In this document: positions 52,201 through 64,000 of the stretch, in pieces
Layout of the letters: every line of letters starts with the position of its first letter
Numbering within the stretch: position 1 is the stretch's first letter
Assembly (NCBI GenBank): GCA_040954595.2
Contig: CM082597.2
Coordinates: 9,579,778-9,643,777 of the forward strand
Origin: Balanoglossus misakiensis
Lineage: Eukaryota; Animalia; Hemichordata
Direction: 5' to 3'
DNA length: 64,000 nt
Position numbers and translations under genes: made by a program
Notes under the pieces: model-generated
Told to the model about the DNA's origin: nothing
The model's input: the letters and a program-made list of their open reading frames with translations, nothing else
The model's database searches: none

Positions 52201-55200
52201 GCAATGGGAGTATAGATGGCAGGATGGATCGAGGGCAATGGGAGTATAGATGGCAGGATGGATCGAGGGCAATGGGAGTATAGATGGCAGGATGGATGGA
52301 TCGAGGGCAATGGGAGTATAGATGGCAGGATGGATGGATCGAGGGCAATGGGAGTATAGATGGCAGGATGGATCGAGGGCAATGGGAGTATAGATGGCAG
52401 GATGGATCAAGGGCAATGGGAGTATAGATGGCAGGATGGATGGATCGAGGGCAATGGGAGTATAGATGGCAGGATGGATCGAGGGCAATGGGAGTATAGA
52501 TGGCAGGATGGATCGAGGGCAATGGGAGTATAGATGGCAGGATGGATGGATCGAGGGCAATGGGAGTATAGATGGCAGGATGGACAGATCGAGGGCAATG
52601 GGAGTATAGATGGCAGGATGGATGGATCGAGGGCAATGGGAGTATAGATGGCAGGATGGATGGATCGAGGGCAATGGGAGTATAGATGGCAGGATGGATA
52701 GATCGAGGGCAATGGGAGTATAGATGGCAGGATGGATGATCGAGGGCAATGGGAGTATAGATGGCAGGATGGATGGATCGAGGGCAATGGGAGTATAGAT
52801 GGCAGGATGGATCGAGGGCAATGGGAGTATAGATGGCAGGATGGATCGAGGGCAATGGGAGTATAGATGGCAGGATGGATGGATCGAGGGCAATAGGAGT
52901 ATAGATGGCAGGATGGATCGAGGGCAATGGGAGGATGGATCGAGGGCAATGGGAGTATAGATGGCAGGATGGATGGATCGAGGGCAATGGGAGTATAGAT
53001 GGCAGGATGGATGGATCGAGGGTAATGGGAGTATAGATGGCAGGATGGATGGATCGAGGGCAATGGGAGTATAGATGGCAGGATGGATCGAGGGCAATGG
53101 GAGTATAGATGGCAGGATGGATCGAGGGCAATGGGAGTATAGATGGCAGGATGGATGGATCGAGGGCAATGGGAGTATAGATGGCAGGATGGATGGATCG
53201 AGGGCAATGGGAGTATAGATGGCAGGATGGATCGAGGGCAATGGGAGTATAGATGGCAGGATGGATGGATCGAGGGCAATGGGAGTATAGATGGCAGGAT
53301 GGATCGAGGGCAATGGGAGTATAGATGGCAGGATGGATCGAGGGCAATGGGAGTATAGATGGCAGGATGGATGGATCGAGGGCAATGGGAGTATAGATGG
53401 CAGGATGGATCGAGGGCAATGGGAGTATAGATGGCAGGATGGATCGAGGGCAATGGGAGTATAGATGGCAGGATGGATGGATCGAGGGCAATGGGAGTAT
53501 AGATGGCAGGATGGATCGAGGGCAATGGGAGTATAGATGGCAGGATGGATCGAGGGCAATGGGAGTATAGATGGCAGGATGGATGGATCGAGGGCAATGG
53601 GAGTATAGATGGCAGGATGGATCGAGGGCAATGGGAGTATAGATGGCAGGATGGATCGAGGGCAATGGGAGTATAGATGGCAGGATGGATCGAGGGCAAT
53701 GGGAGTATAGATGGCAGGATGGATCGAGGGCAATGGGAGTATAGATGGCAGGATGGATGGATCGAGGGCAATGGGAGTATAGATGGCAGGATGGATCGAG
53801 GGCAATGGGAGTATAGATGGCAGGATGGATGGATCGAGGGCAATGGGAGTATAGATGGCAGGATGGATCGAGGGCAATGGGAGTATAGATGGCAGGATGG
53901 ATCGAGGGCAATGGGAGTATAGATGGCAGGATGGATGGATCGAGGGCAATGGGAGTATAGATGGCAGGATGGATGGATCGAGGGCAATGGGAGTATAGAT
54001 GGCAGGATGGATGGATCGAGGGCAATGGGAGTATAGATGGCAGGATGGATCGAGGGCAATGGGAGTATAGATGGCAGGATGGATCGAGGGCAATGGGAGT
54101 ATAGATGGCAGGATGGATCGAGGGCAATGGGAGTATAGATGGCAGGATGGATCGAGGGCAATGGGAGTATAGATGGCAGGATGGATGGATCGAGGGCAAT
54201 GGGAGTATAGATGGCAGGATGGATCGAGGGCAATGGGAGTATAGATGGCAGGATGGATCAAGGGCAATGGGAGTATAGATGGCAGGATGGATCGAGGGCA
54301 ATGGGAGTATAGATGGCAGGATGGATGGATCGAGGGCAATGGGAGTATAGATGGCAGGATGGATCGAGGGCAATGGGAGTATAGATGGCAGGATGGATCG
54401 AGGGCAATGGGAGTATAGATGGCAGGATGGATAGATCGAGGGCAATGGGAGTATAGATGGCAGGATGGATGGATCGAGGGCAATGGGAGTATAGATGGCA
54501 GGATGGATGGATCGAGGGCAATGGGAGTATAGATGGCAGGATGGATCGAGGGCAATGGGAGTGTAGATGGCGGGATGGATCGAGGGCAATGGGAGTGTAG
54601 ATGGCGGGATGGATCGAGGGCAATGGGAGTGTAGATGGCAGGATGGATCGAGGGCAATGGGAGTGTAGATGGCAGGATGGATCGAGGGCAATGGGCGTGT
54701 AGATGGCAGGATGGATCGAGGGCAATGGGCGTGTAGATGGCAGGATGGATCGAGGGCAATGGGCGTGTAGATGGCAGGATGGATCGAGGGCAATGGGAGT
54801 GTAGATGGCAGGATGGATCGAGGGCAATGGGAGTGTAGATGGCAGGATGGATCGAGGGCAATGGGAGTATAGATGGCAGGATGGATCGAGGGCAATGGGA
54901 GTATAGATGGCAGGATGGATCGAGGGCAATGGGAGTATAGATGGCAGGATGGATGGATCGAGGGCAATGGGAGTATAGATGGCAGGATGGATCGAGGGCA
55001 ATGGGAGTATAGATGGCAGGATGGATCGAGGGCAATGGGAGTATAGATGGCAGGATGGATCGAGGGCAATGGGAGTATAGATTGCAGGATGGATCGAGGG
55101 CAATGGGAGTATAGATGGCAGGATGGATCGAGGGCAATGGGAGTATAGATGGCAGGATGGATGGATCGAGGGCAATGGGAGTATAGATGGCAGGATGGAT

Positions 55201-58200
55201 CGAGGGCAATGGGAGTATAGATGGCAGGATGGATCGAGGGCAATGGGAGTATAGATGGCAGGATGGATAGATCGAGGGCAATGGGAGTATAGATGGCAGG
55301 ATGGATGGATCGAGGGCAATGGGAGTATAGATGGCAGGATGGATGGATCGAGGGCAATGGGAGTATAGATGGCGGGATGGATCGAGGGCAATGGGAGTAT
55401 AGATGGCAGGATGGATCGAGGGCAATGGGAGTATAGATGGCAGGATGGATGGATCGAGGGCAATGGGAGTATAGATGGCAGGATGGATCGAGGGCAATGG
55501 GAGTATAGATGGCAGGATGGATGGATCGAGGGCAATGGGAGTATAGATGGCAGGATGGATCGAGGGCAATGGGAGTATAGATGGCAGGATGGATGGATCG
55601 AGGGCAATGGGAGTATAGATGGCAGGATGGATCGAGGGCAATGGGAGTATAGATGGCAGGATGGATCGAGGGCAATGGGAGTATAGATGGCAGGATGGAT
55701 CGAGGGCAATGGGAGTATAGATGGCAGGATGGATGGATCGAGGGCAATGGGAGTATAGATGGCAGGATGGATCGAGGGCAATGGGAGTATAGATGGCAGG
55801 ATGGATCGAGGGCAATGGGAGTATAGATGGCAGGATGGATAGATCGAGGGCAATGGGAGTATAGATGGCAGGATGGATGGATCGAGGGCAATGGGAGTAT
55901 AGATGGCAGGATGGATCGAGGGCAATGGGAGTGTAGATGGCGGGATGGATCGAGGGCAATGGGAGTGTAGATGGCGGGATGGATCGAGGGCAATGGGAGT
56001 ATAGATGGCAGGATGGATCGAGGGCAATGGGAGTATAGATGGCAGGATGGATGGATCGAGGGCAATGGGAGTATAGATGGCAGGATGGATCGAGGGCAAT
56101 GGGAGTATAGATGGCAGGATGGATCGAGGGCAATGGGAGTATAGATGGCAGGATGGATGGATCGAGGGCAATGGGAGTATAGATGGCAGGATGGATGGAT
56201 CGAGGGCAATGGGAGTATAGATGGCAGGATGGATGGATCGAGGGCAATGGGAGTATAGATGGCAGGATGGATCGAGGGCAATGGGAGTATAGATGGCAGG
56301 ATGGATCGAGGGCAATGGGAGTATAGATGGCAGGATGGATGGATCGAGGGCAATGGGAGTATAGATGGCAGGATGGATAGATCGAGGGCAATGGGAGTAT
56401 AGATGGCAGGATGGATGGATCGAGGGCAATGGGAGTATAGATGGCAGGATGGATGGATCGAGGGCAATGGGAGTATAGATGGCAGGATGGATAGATCGAG
56501 GGCAATGGGAGTATAGATGGCAGGATGGATGATCGAGGGCAATGGGAGTATAGATGGCAGGATGGATGGATCGAGGGCAATGGGAGTATAGATGGCAGGA
56601 TGGATCGAGGGCAATGGGAGTATAGATGGCAGGATGGATCGAGGGCAATGGGAGTATAGATGGCAGGATGGATGGATCGAGGGCAATAGGAGTATAGATG
56701 GCAGGATGGATCGAGGGCAATGGGAGGATGGATCGAGGGCAATGGGAGTATAGATGGCAGGATGGATGGATCGAGGGCAATGGGAGTATAGATGGCAGGA
56801 TGGATGGATCGAGGGTAATGGGAGTATAGATGGCAGGATGGATCGAGGGCAATGGGAGTATAGATGGCAGGATGGATCGAGGGCAATGGGAGTATAGATG
56901 GCAGGATGGATGGATCGAGGGCAATGGGAGTATAGATGGCAGGATGGATGGATCGAGGGCAATGGGAGTATAGATGGCAGGATGGATCGAGGGCAATGGG
57001 AGTATAGATGGCAGGATGGATGGATCGAGGGCAATGGGAGTATAGATGGCAGGATGGATCGAGGGCAATGGGAGTATAGATGGCAGGATGGATCGAGGGC
57101 AATGGGAGTATAGATGGCAGGATGGATGGATCGAGGGCAATGGGAGTATAGATGGCAGGATGGATCGAGGGCAATGGGAGTATAGATGGCAGGATGGATC
57201 GAGGGCAATGGGAGTATAGATGGCAGGATGGATGGATCGAGGGCAATGGGAGTATAGATGGCAGGATGGATCGAGGGCAATGGGAGTATAGATGGCAGGA
57301 TGGATGGATCGAGGGCAATGGGAGTATAGATGGCAGGATGGATCGAGGGCAATGGGAGTATAGATGGCAGGATGGATCGAGGGCAATGGGAGTATAGATG
57401 GCAGGATGGATGGATCGAGGGCAATGGGAGTATAGATGGCAGGATGGATGGATCGAGGGCAATGGGAGTATAGATGGCAGGATGGATGGATCGAGGGCAA
57501 TGGGAGTATAGATGGCAGGATGGATCGAGGGCAATGGGAGTATAGATGGCAGGATGGATCGAGGGCAATGGGAGTATAGATGGCAGGATGGATCGAGGGC
57601 AATGGGAGTATAGATGGCAGGATGGATCGAGGGCAATGGGAGTATAGATGGCAGGATGGATGGATCGAGGGCAATGGGAGTATAGATGGCAGGATGGATC
57701 GAGGGCAATGGGAGTATAGATGGCAGGATGGATCAAGGGCAATGGGAGTATAGATGGCAGGATGGATCGAGGGCAATGGGAGTATAGATGGCAGGATGGA
57801 TGGATCGAGGGCAATGGGAGTATAGATGGCAGGATGGATCGAGGGCAATGGGAGTATAGATGGCAGGATGGATCGAGGGCAATGGGAGTATAGATGGCAG
57901 GATGGATAGATCGAGGGCAATGGGAGTATAGATGGCAGGATGGATGGATCGAGGGCAATGGGAGTATAGATGGCAGGATGGATGGATCGAGGGCAATGGG
58001 AGTATAGATGGCAGGATGGATCGAGGGCAATGGGAGTGTAGATGGCGGGATGGATCGAGGGCAATGGGAGTGTAGATGGCGGGATGGATCGAGGGCAATG
58101 GGAGTGTAGATGGCAGGATGGATCGAGGGCAATGGGAGTGTAGATGGCAGGATGGATCGAGGGCAATGGGCGTGTAGATGGCAGGATGGATCGAGGGCAA

Positions 58201-59253
58201 TGGGCGTGTAGATGGCAGGATGGATCGAGGGCAATGGGCGTGTAGATGGCAGGATGGATCGAGGGCAATGGGAGTATAGATGGCAGGATGGATCGAGGGC
58301 AATGGGAGGGCAATGGGAGTATAGATGGCAGGATGGATCGAGGGCAATGGGAGTGTAGATGGCAGGATGGATCGAGGGCAATGGGCGTGTAGATGGCAGG
58401 ATGGATCGAGGGCAATGGGCGTGTAGATGGCAGGATGGATCGAGGGCAATGGGAGTATAGATGGCAGGATGGATCGAGGGCAATGGGAGTGTAGATGGCA
58501 GGATGGATCGAGGGCAATGGGCGTGTAGATGGCAGGATGGATCGAGGGCAATGGGAGTGTAGATGGCAGGATGGATCGAGGGCAATGGGCGTGTAGATGG
58601 CAGGATGGATCGAGGGCAATGGGAGTGTAGATGGCAGGATGGATCGAGGGCAATGGGCGTGTAGATGGCAGGATGGATCGAGGGCAATGGGCGTGTAGAT
58701 GGCAGGATGGATCGAGGGCAATGGGCGTGTAGATGGCAGGATGGATCGAGGGCAATGGGAGTATAGATGGCAGGATGGATCGAGGGCAATGGGAGTGTAG
58801 ATGGCAGGATGGATCGAGGGCAATGGGAGTGTAGATGGCAGGATGGATCGAGGGCAATGGGAGTGTAGATGGCAGGATGGATCGAGGGCAATGGGCGTGT
58901 AGATGGCAGGATGGATCGAGGGCAATGGGCGTGTAGATGGCAGGATGGATCGAGGGCAATGGGCGTGTAGATGGCAGGATGGATCGAGGGCAATGGGAGT
59001 GTAGATGGCAGGATGGATCGAGGGCAATGGGAGTGTAGATGGCAGGATGGATCGAGGGCAATGGGCGTGTAGATGGCAGGATGGATCGAGGGCAATGGGC
59101 GTGTAGATGGCAGGATGGATCGAGGGCAATGGGAGTATAGATGGCAGGATGGATCGAGGGCAATTATGGGAGTATAGATGGCAGGATGGATCGAGGGCAA
59201 TGGGAGTATAGATGGCAGGATGGATCGAGGGCAATGGGAGTATAGATGGCAGG
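46234..59253. repeat. ~13-kb tandem satellite; 34-bp monomer GAGGGCAATGGGAGTATAGATGGCAGGATGGATC plus a 38-bp variant (+GATG)
   Basis: Continuous head-to-tail array of roughly 360-370 units (estimated from length), with very low divergence. Confidence 0.98.
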
Positions 59254-60143
59254 CAGTATAGTTGACAGAGGGCCCTGCCATCTATACTCTCATTGCCATC
59301 TATACTGCATGGATCTCTTGAGTATCTATCTACCCTACAATGTTTTTGTGATTGTAAAATTGGATTCAGATCAAAATTCTGGAGAAAATGTGTCTATTTG
59401 CTGATATTGACCTGACTCTGTTTTATAGTACAACTCAAATCGGACTTTGTACTGTCATTGGAAATCTCAGTTTATAGGCTTATACCTCATAAGGGAGCCT
59501 TCAGTATTTACAGGGGGTGGGTGGGCCGAGGGAATCAGGGGTGGGTCACTTTTTACAGCTGAAAGTTCCTGAATACAAAATCACCAATCAGTTTTCTCTC
59601 CATGAATTTCTGATAGCATAACAGCTTATCTCCATAACAATGTAAACAATCTTCTAAAATTAAAGAGTAGTGGCCACTATGCTTTAATTGCTCTGTGGAG
59701 AACACTGCTGATGAAATACACCATTTTTATACAGGTATGCTTGTACATGTACATGTACAATATCCACAAGCTTCATGATTGAACATATTTGTATAATGTC
59801 ATTTGGCTGCAATTTTAAAACAGTATCTACTTTATTACAGAAATACAACAGTTTTAGCATATGTACAGGAATACTGCTGTCACTAAAATATAAATATAAA
59901 ACAGAACAGAACAAATAAATAAATTTAACTAAAATGAATATGAAAAATTTCAATTGAATAAAGTAAATATAAATCTTTTGTTTATAAGAAAAATAGTACT
60001 TGACTAAATCCGTTTTGGTATTTGCTGAGATGTAAATTGTAGAAAATTTGTACATATCAAAATAATGATGATCCTTTCAAAACAAAACAAGTTTACTTTT
60101 AAATAGATAATTAAAACAACATCATTCATAGACAATTAACATA

Positions 60144-60868
60144 AATTTACCAATGTGGCTTTGGCTGCTGTTACTCAGACTCCAGAAGCGTGACAGCCAT
60201 CATTGAAGAGACAGATTATAAACAAAAACAAAAACACAACAGGACAACAGTATCCAAAAATATGAATTTACCAATGTGGCTTTGGCTGCTGTTACTCAGA
60301 CTCCAGAAGCGTGACAGCCATCATTGAAGAGACAGATTATAAACAAAAACAAAAACACAACAGGACAACAGTATCCAAAAATATGAATTTACCAATGTGG
60401 CTTTGGCTGCTGTTACTCAGACTCCAGAAGCGTGACAGCCATCATTGAAGAGACAGATTATAAACAAAAACACAACAGGACAACAGTATCCGAAAATATG
60501 AATTTACCAATGTGGCTTTGGATGCTGATACTCAGACTCCAGAAGCGTGACAGCCATCATTGAAGAGACAGATTATAAACAAAAACACAACAGGACAACA
60601 GTATCCGAAAATATGAATTTACCAATGTGGCTTTGGCTGCTGTTACTCAGACTCCAGAAGCGTGACAGCCATCATTGAAGAGACAGATTATAAACAAAAA
60701 CACAACAGGACAACAGTATCCAAAAATATGAATTTACCAATGTGGCTTTGGCTGCTGTTACTCAGACTCCAGAAGCGTGACAGCCATCATTGGAGAGACA
60801 GATTATAAACACAAACAAAAACACAACAGGACAACAGTATCCGAAAATATGAATTTACCAATGTGGCT
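60144..60868. repeat. Tandem repeat, 6 full units of 121/115 bp plus a partial unit
   Basis: AATTTACCAATGTGGCT starts at 60144, 60265, 60386, 60501, 60616, 60731 and 60852. The length difference is one 6-nt (AAAAAC) copy. Confidence 0.95.
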
Positions 60869-61379
60869 AAAAAAATTGTATATTTGAACTGTCACATTCA
60901 TGACATTGTAATTTCTACATATGTACATTTACTTTATGAAATTGCTCTGTAATATGAAGGCATTGTTTGATGTTGATATCTATTTTACCTTTACAGAGAG
61001 ACTTATACGTGACATAATAACATACTACAACCAGGTAGACTCGCTGCAAGGAGATGGGAGGTTTAATTTATATCAAGACTTTTAGTAGAGCTCCATGCAC
61101 GAGCTCGGACAAGAACTCTGACCACCAGTCTTTTAGCGGAATCTAGCTTTGCACTTTTGCACCAATCACATGCTTGAAGGTTTTTTCCATTTCCACCAGA
61201 CATTGTCAGTTCTTTTTGCTGGCAGCTTTGTAGATTTCTGCAGTCAATGTTGAATAAAGTGGTTGAAAGTTAAATTACTGAGTCGCTCCTATTCCAGTCC
61301 CAGAACCTTGCTCATAATTCCACCCTGTACATATCAAAGAATCTTATACACAGGGCCAGCTCTCCAACAACAAACATGG

Positions 61380-61710
61380 AGTGAAGTGTGTATATTTGTT
61401 TGTTTGATGTTATTGATTGATATAATAAAAATGTTTAGTTATTTATTTACAAATATTATCATGGTTGTTTGTTGACAGGTTAGGGTTAGGGTATATTCAA
61501 AAATCCTATATTATAATACACAGTACATATATAGGGAGTGAATGAACCCCAAACCCTAACACCAACTCTGACCTGTCAACAAACAAACAAATGTGACAAT
61601 ATTTGTAAACAAACAACAAAATATTTTTTTTTCATTTATCAACCAACCAACCAATCAATCAATTACAACAAACAACCATACACACTAAAAACAAGGAGGA
61701 AGAACTCCGT
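61380..61710. repeat. Head-to-head copies of a repeat carrying TTAGGG/CCCTAA motifs; relatives at ~1520-1655 and ~25660-25830
   Basis: GTTTGTTGACAGGTTAGGGTTAGGG (~61468-61491) faces AAACCCTAAC..ACCTGTCAACAAAC (~61551-61584). ACACACTA.AAACAAGGAGGAAGA.CTCC is shared with ~1625-1653. Confidence 0.5.
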
Positions 61711-64000
61711 GTCTTATCTACAAGTATGCAATGAGTTGCCCTGACAATATGATGGCCACATCCAGTTCAATGATGCCATCTGACCAGTGAGGGCGCACTT
61801 GGCCTACCAAGTGTTTGCATGGTTTGCATGTGATGACGAAGAAAATCGAACACACAATTGCCAATCTAACAACAGTTCTGAACCAATCGGTTGTTTAATT
61901 ATTTAAAGATACAAATGTCCATAACTTAAGGAATACAGAGAAATAAGCACTTAGAAGACATTCCTAAAGCATACATTATTTCTGTGGTAACAATTATACT
62001 GAACGTACTAGTTATCAAAAACTACTTTGGTCACTTGTTAGCACTCCAGGCTTGCTAGAGAAGAGCATTTCTATGTGTAGTTTTTAAAATATTGAAGATA
62101 AAAAGACAATGTAACAGCTAGAGTAATACCTTTAAATGGGTAAAATCACTAACCTTTGACACCATTCGGTCATGTTACTGTTGCTCACTATACTTCTATA
62201 TTTAATATGATTTTATTGTACACACCAAAAATTAGTCAACAATACAAAAATCATCTTTCACATGCACTTGCGCCCTCAAGAGTTTGATGTTTTCTTCCAC
62301 TCGTATTTTTACACGATACAGTTCAGTTTTCCCAAATAGTTAAATGATACTCAAGTGTAGGGAAATGCATCTCAAAGAAATTAAATGGTTTGTCCTCAGA
62401 AAAGATTACGCTGTCCAAAACTAAACCTGTGGCAATGAAGAATCGACTGGGTGCTGCGAAGATACAAATTAACTGGCGCGGCGTTGAGGGCGATGTTTCC
62501 CTCTCGAGCGGCAAAGGTCTTGGCAAAGGGCGATGTATGATTTGTGGCTATGGTAAATGGGCTGTGGTTGGCTTCTTGCTTATAGTCACGTGAGATGCAG
62601 GTTTGTGGTACGTCATTATATTATGGCGGTTGATTTGATGTGAACTCCCATCGCTTGATTTGAATGTAGCGTGGAGCCCACGGAATGGAAATAATATTCA
62701 TCAAATACTCGTTCCAAGTATTCGCCTGAGGTCTGGCTGCAAGTTTTAGTCAATAGAAGTTTTTAGGGTAGTTCTATCGCAGGCAGTGAGTGGAAAGTTG
62801 TCCCACGTAGTGCCAGTGGAATTTTACACGATGACGTCGTATGTGGCATGACGAGCGCAGGTACGGGAATATTCGAGGCATTGGAGAATACGATTTGTGT
62901 ACGCGTTTGAATCCAAGTTTCCCGGTGGAGTCTGCTCTGAAGATGGTGCACAGTGTGTATGGACTGTCGTTGGTCGACTTACATGTTTCAGTGAGTATTT
63001 ATCATGTTTATGCCGTGGCGTAATTTGTAGATCGTTCCAATTTTCGTTTCAACTTCAAGCAGTATAGTCCAGCGAAATCCACTTTTTTTGCCGAACCTTG
63101 TTTTTAGCGTCTTAAAGTTTTTTTAAAGCGGATGCTGCTTGTATAGATCACCAGAGTGAAAGAAATGGTTACTGAAGCTCTGTCAGTATTGAGCAATTTG
63201 AGATAATTAACATAAAATGGCCATCAATGTACAGTGAAATTAAGGGATAGAAATCACCTTTATACTTATAGTGCAAAAGTTTGATAGTAAAAGCTTAATG
63301 TTTTTATAGCAACAGGTTAAAATTGAGTATATTTAAATACTAATTTGCATAATTTAAAGCCCAATGACGTTATATACAAGTATTATTAACCCTAAATATG
63401 AGTTTATATACAAGTTTTAACCAGATAAATAATTTAGCTTTGTGGCAAAGGAATATGGCCGTCACTGTACATAGTAAAATGCGAAATACAATTAAAACAT
63501 TGCATGATCTCATCCAGTAGAACACATGGAAGTAAATGTACATGTACTCCACTGAGACATCCTATTGATGCCTGAGTGTGGCTGTATGTTGCAATTTGAA
63601 CATGCTATGTATTAAACAGGTGCCCCACCGATTTTATCAGCCTCCATACAAACAGTACACATCTATTGTGGTATGCGTCACCAAGCGAAGACAAACTGAT
63701 GCAAATACAAGTAATGTGAGGATTTTAAATAGATTTGAAGTATTTTAGTATGGAAAATTTGAAATTTGGTTGAATGACACTCTAAACAGGTATGAGACCC
63801 AGTAGCATTAGGGTTAAGGTGGCATTGCATGAAACCGTCGAGACTTTTTCAGAGGCCTATTTCTCATCAAAGACAACGTTAAAACCCCTATAAACCATAT
63901 ATATATTCTGGAAGCTGAGTTTTTGAACTTTTGTTTGAGTTGCATATATTATTGATCCCCGGAAATGGTGGCGTTTTTGGGTTAAAAAAAACATTTTTTG

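Noticed and set aside
46184-59281. Giant minus-strand ORFs (up to 3395 aa) and repeated MAGWIEGNG ORFs
   Set aside because: They are translations of the satellite. All three frames give the same cycling peptides because 34 and 38 are not multiples of 3. There is no codon-level constraint or unique domain.
46234-60868. CRISPR-like appearance of short regular repeats
   Set aside because: There are no unique spacers and no cas genes, and the context is eukaryotic with spliceosomal introns.

Overview
This is AT-rich, intron-rich animal genomic DNA. An invertebrate deuterostome is my guess from protein similarity and repeat types. Three spliced housekeeping genes can be rebuilt exon by exon: TEN1 (CST telomere complex subunit, + strand, 2 exons, 132 aa), ARCN1/delta-COP (- strand, 10 coding exons, 512 aa) and HMBS/porphobilinogen deaminase (+ strand, 9 coding exons, 379 aa, one U12-type intron). 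ARCN1 and HMBS are head-to-head. The rest is mostly transposon debris: L2, CR1 and RTE-X-like LINE fragments, many MITEs, a deleted THAP+SAP two-gene DNA transposon, and a solo DIRS/Ngaro-like gag ORF inside an HMBS intron. A ~13 kb 34/38-bp satellite produces the huge artefactual ORFs, and a 115/121-bp tandem repeat follows it. The most notable oddities are: a 216-bp piece of the TEN1 intron copied 27 kb away between two MITE ends; the minor-spliceosome intron; the solo gag ORF with a TGA at a predicted zinc-finger Cys and an 88-bp palindrome upstream; and a satellite that seems derived from a transposon terminus. I see no demonstrably new multi-gene system. All family assignments come from recognition by eye, not database searches.
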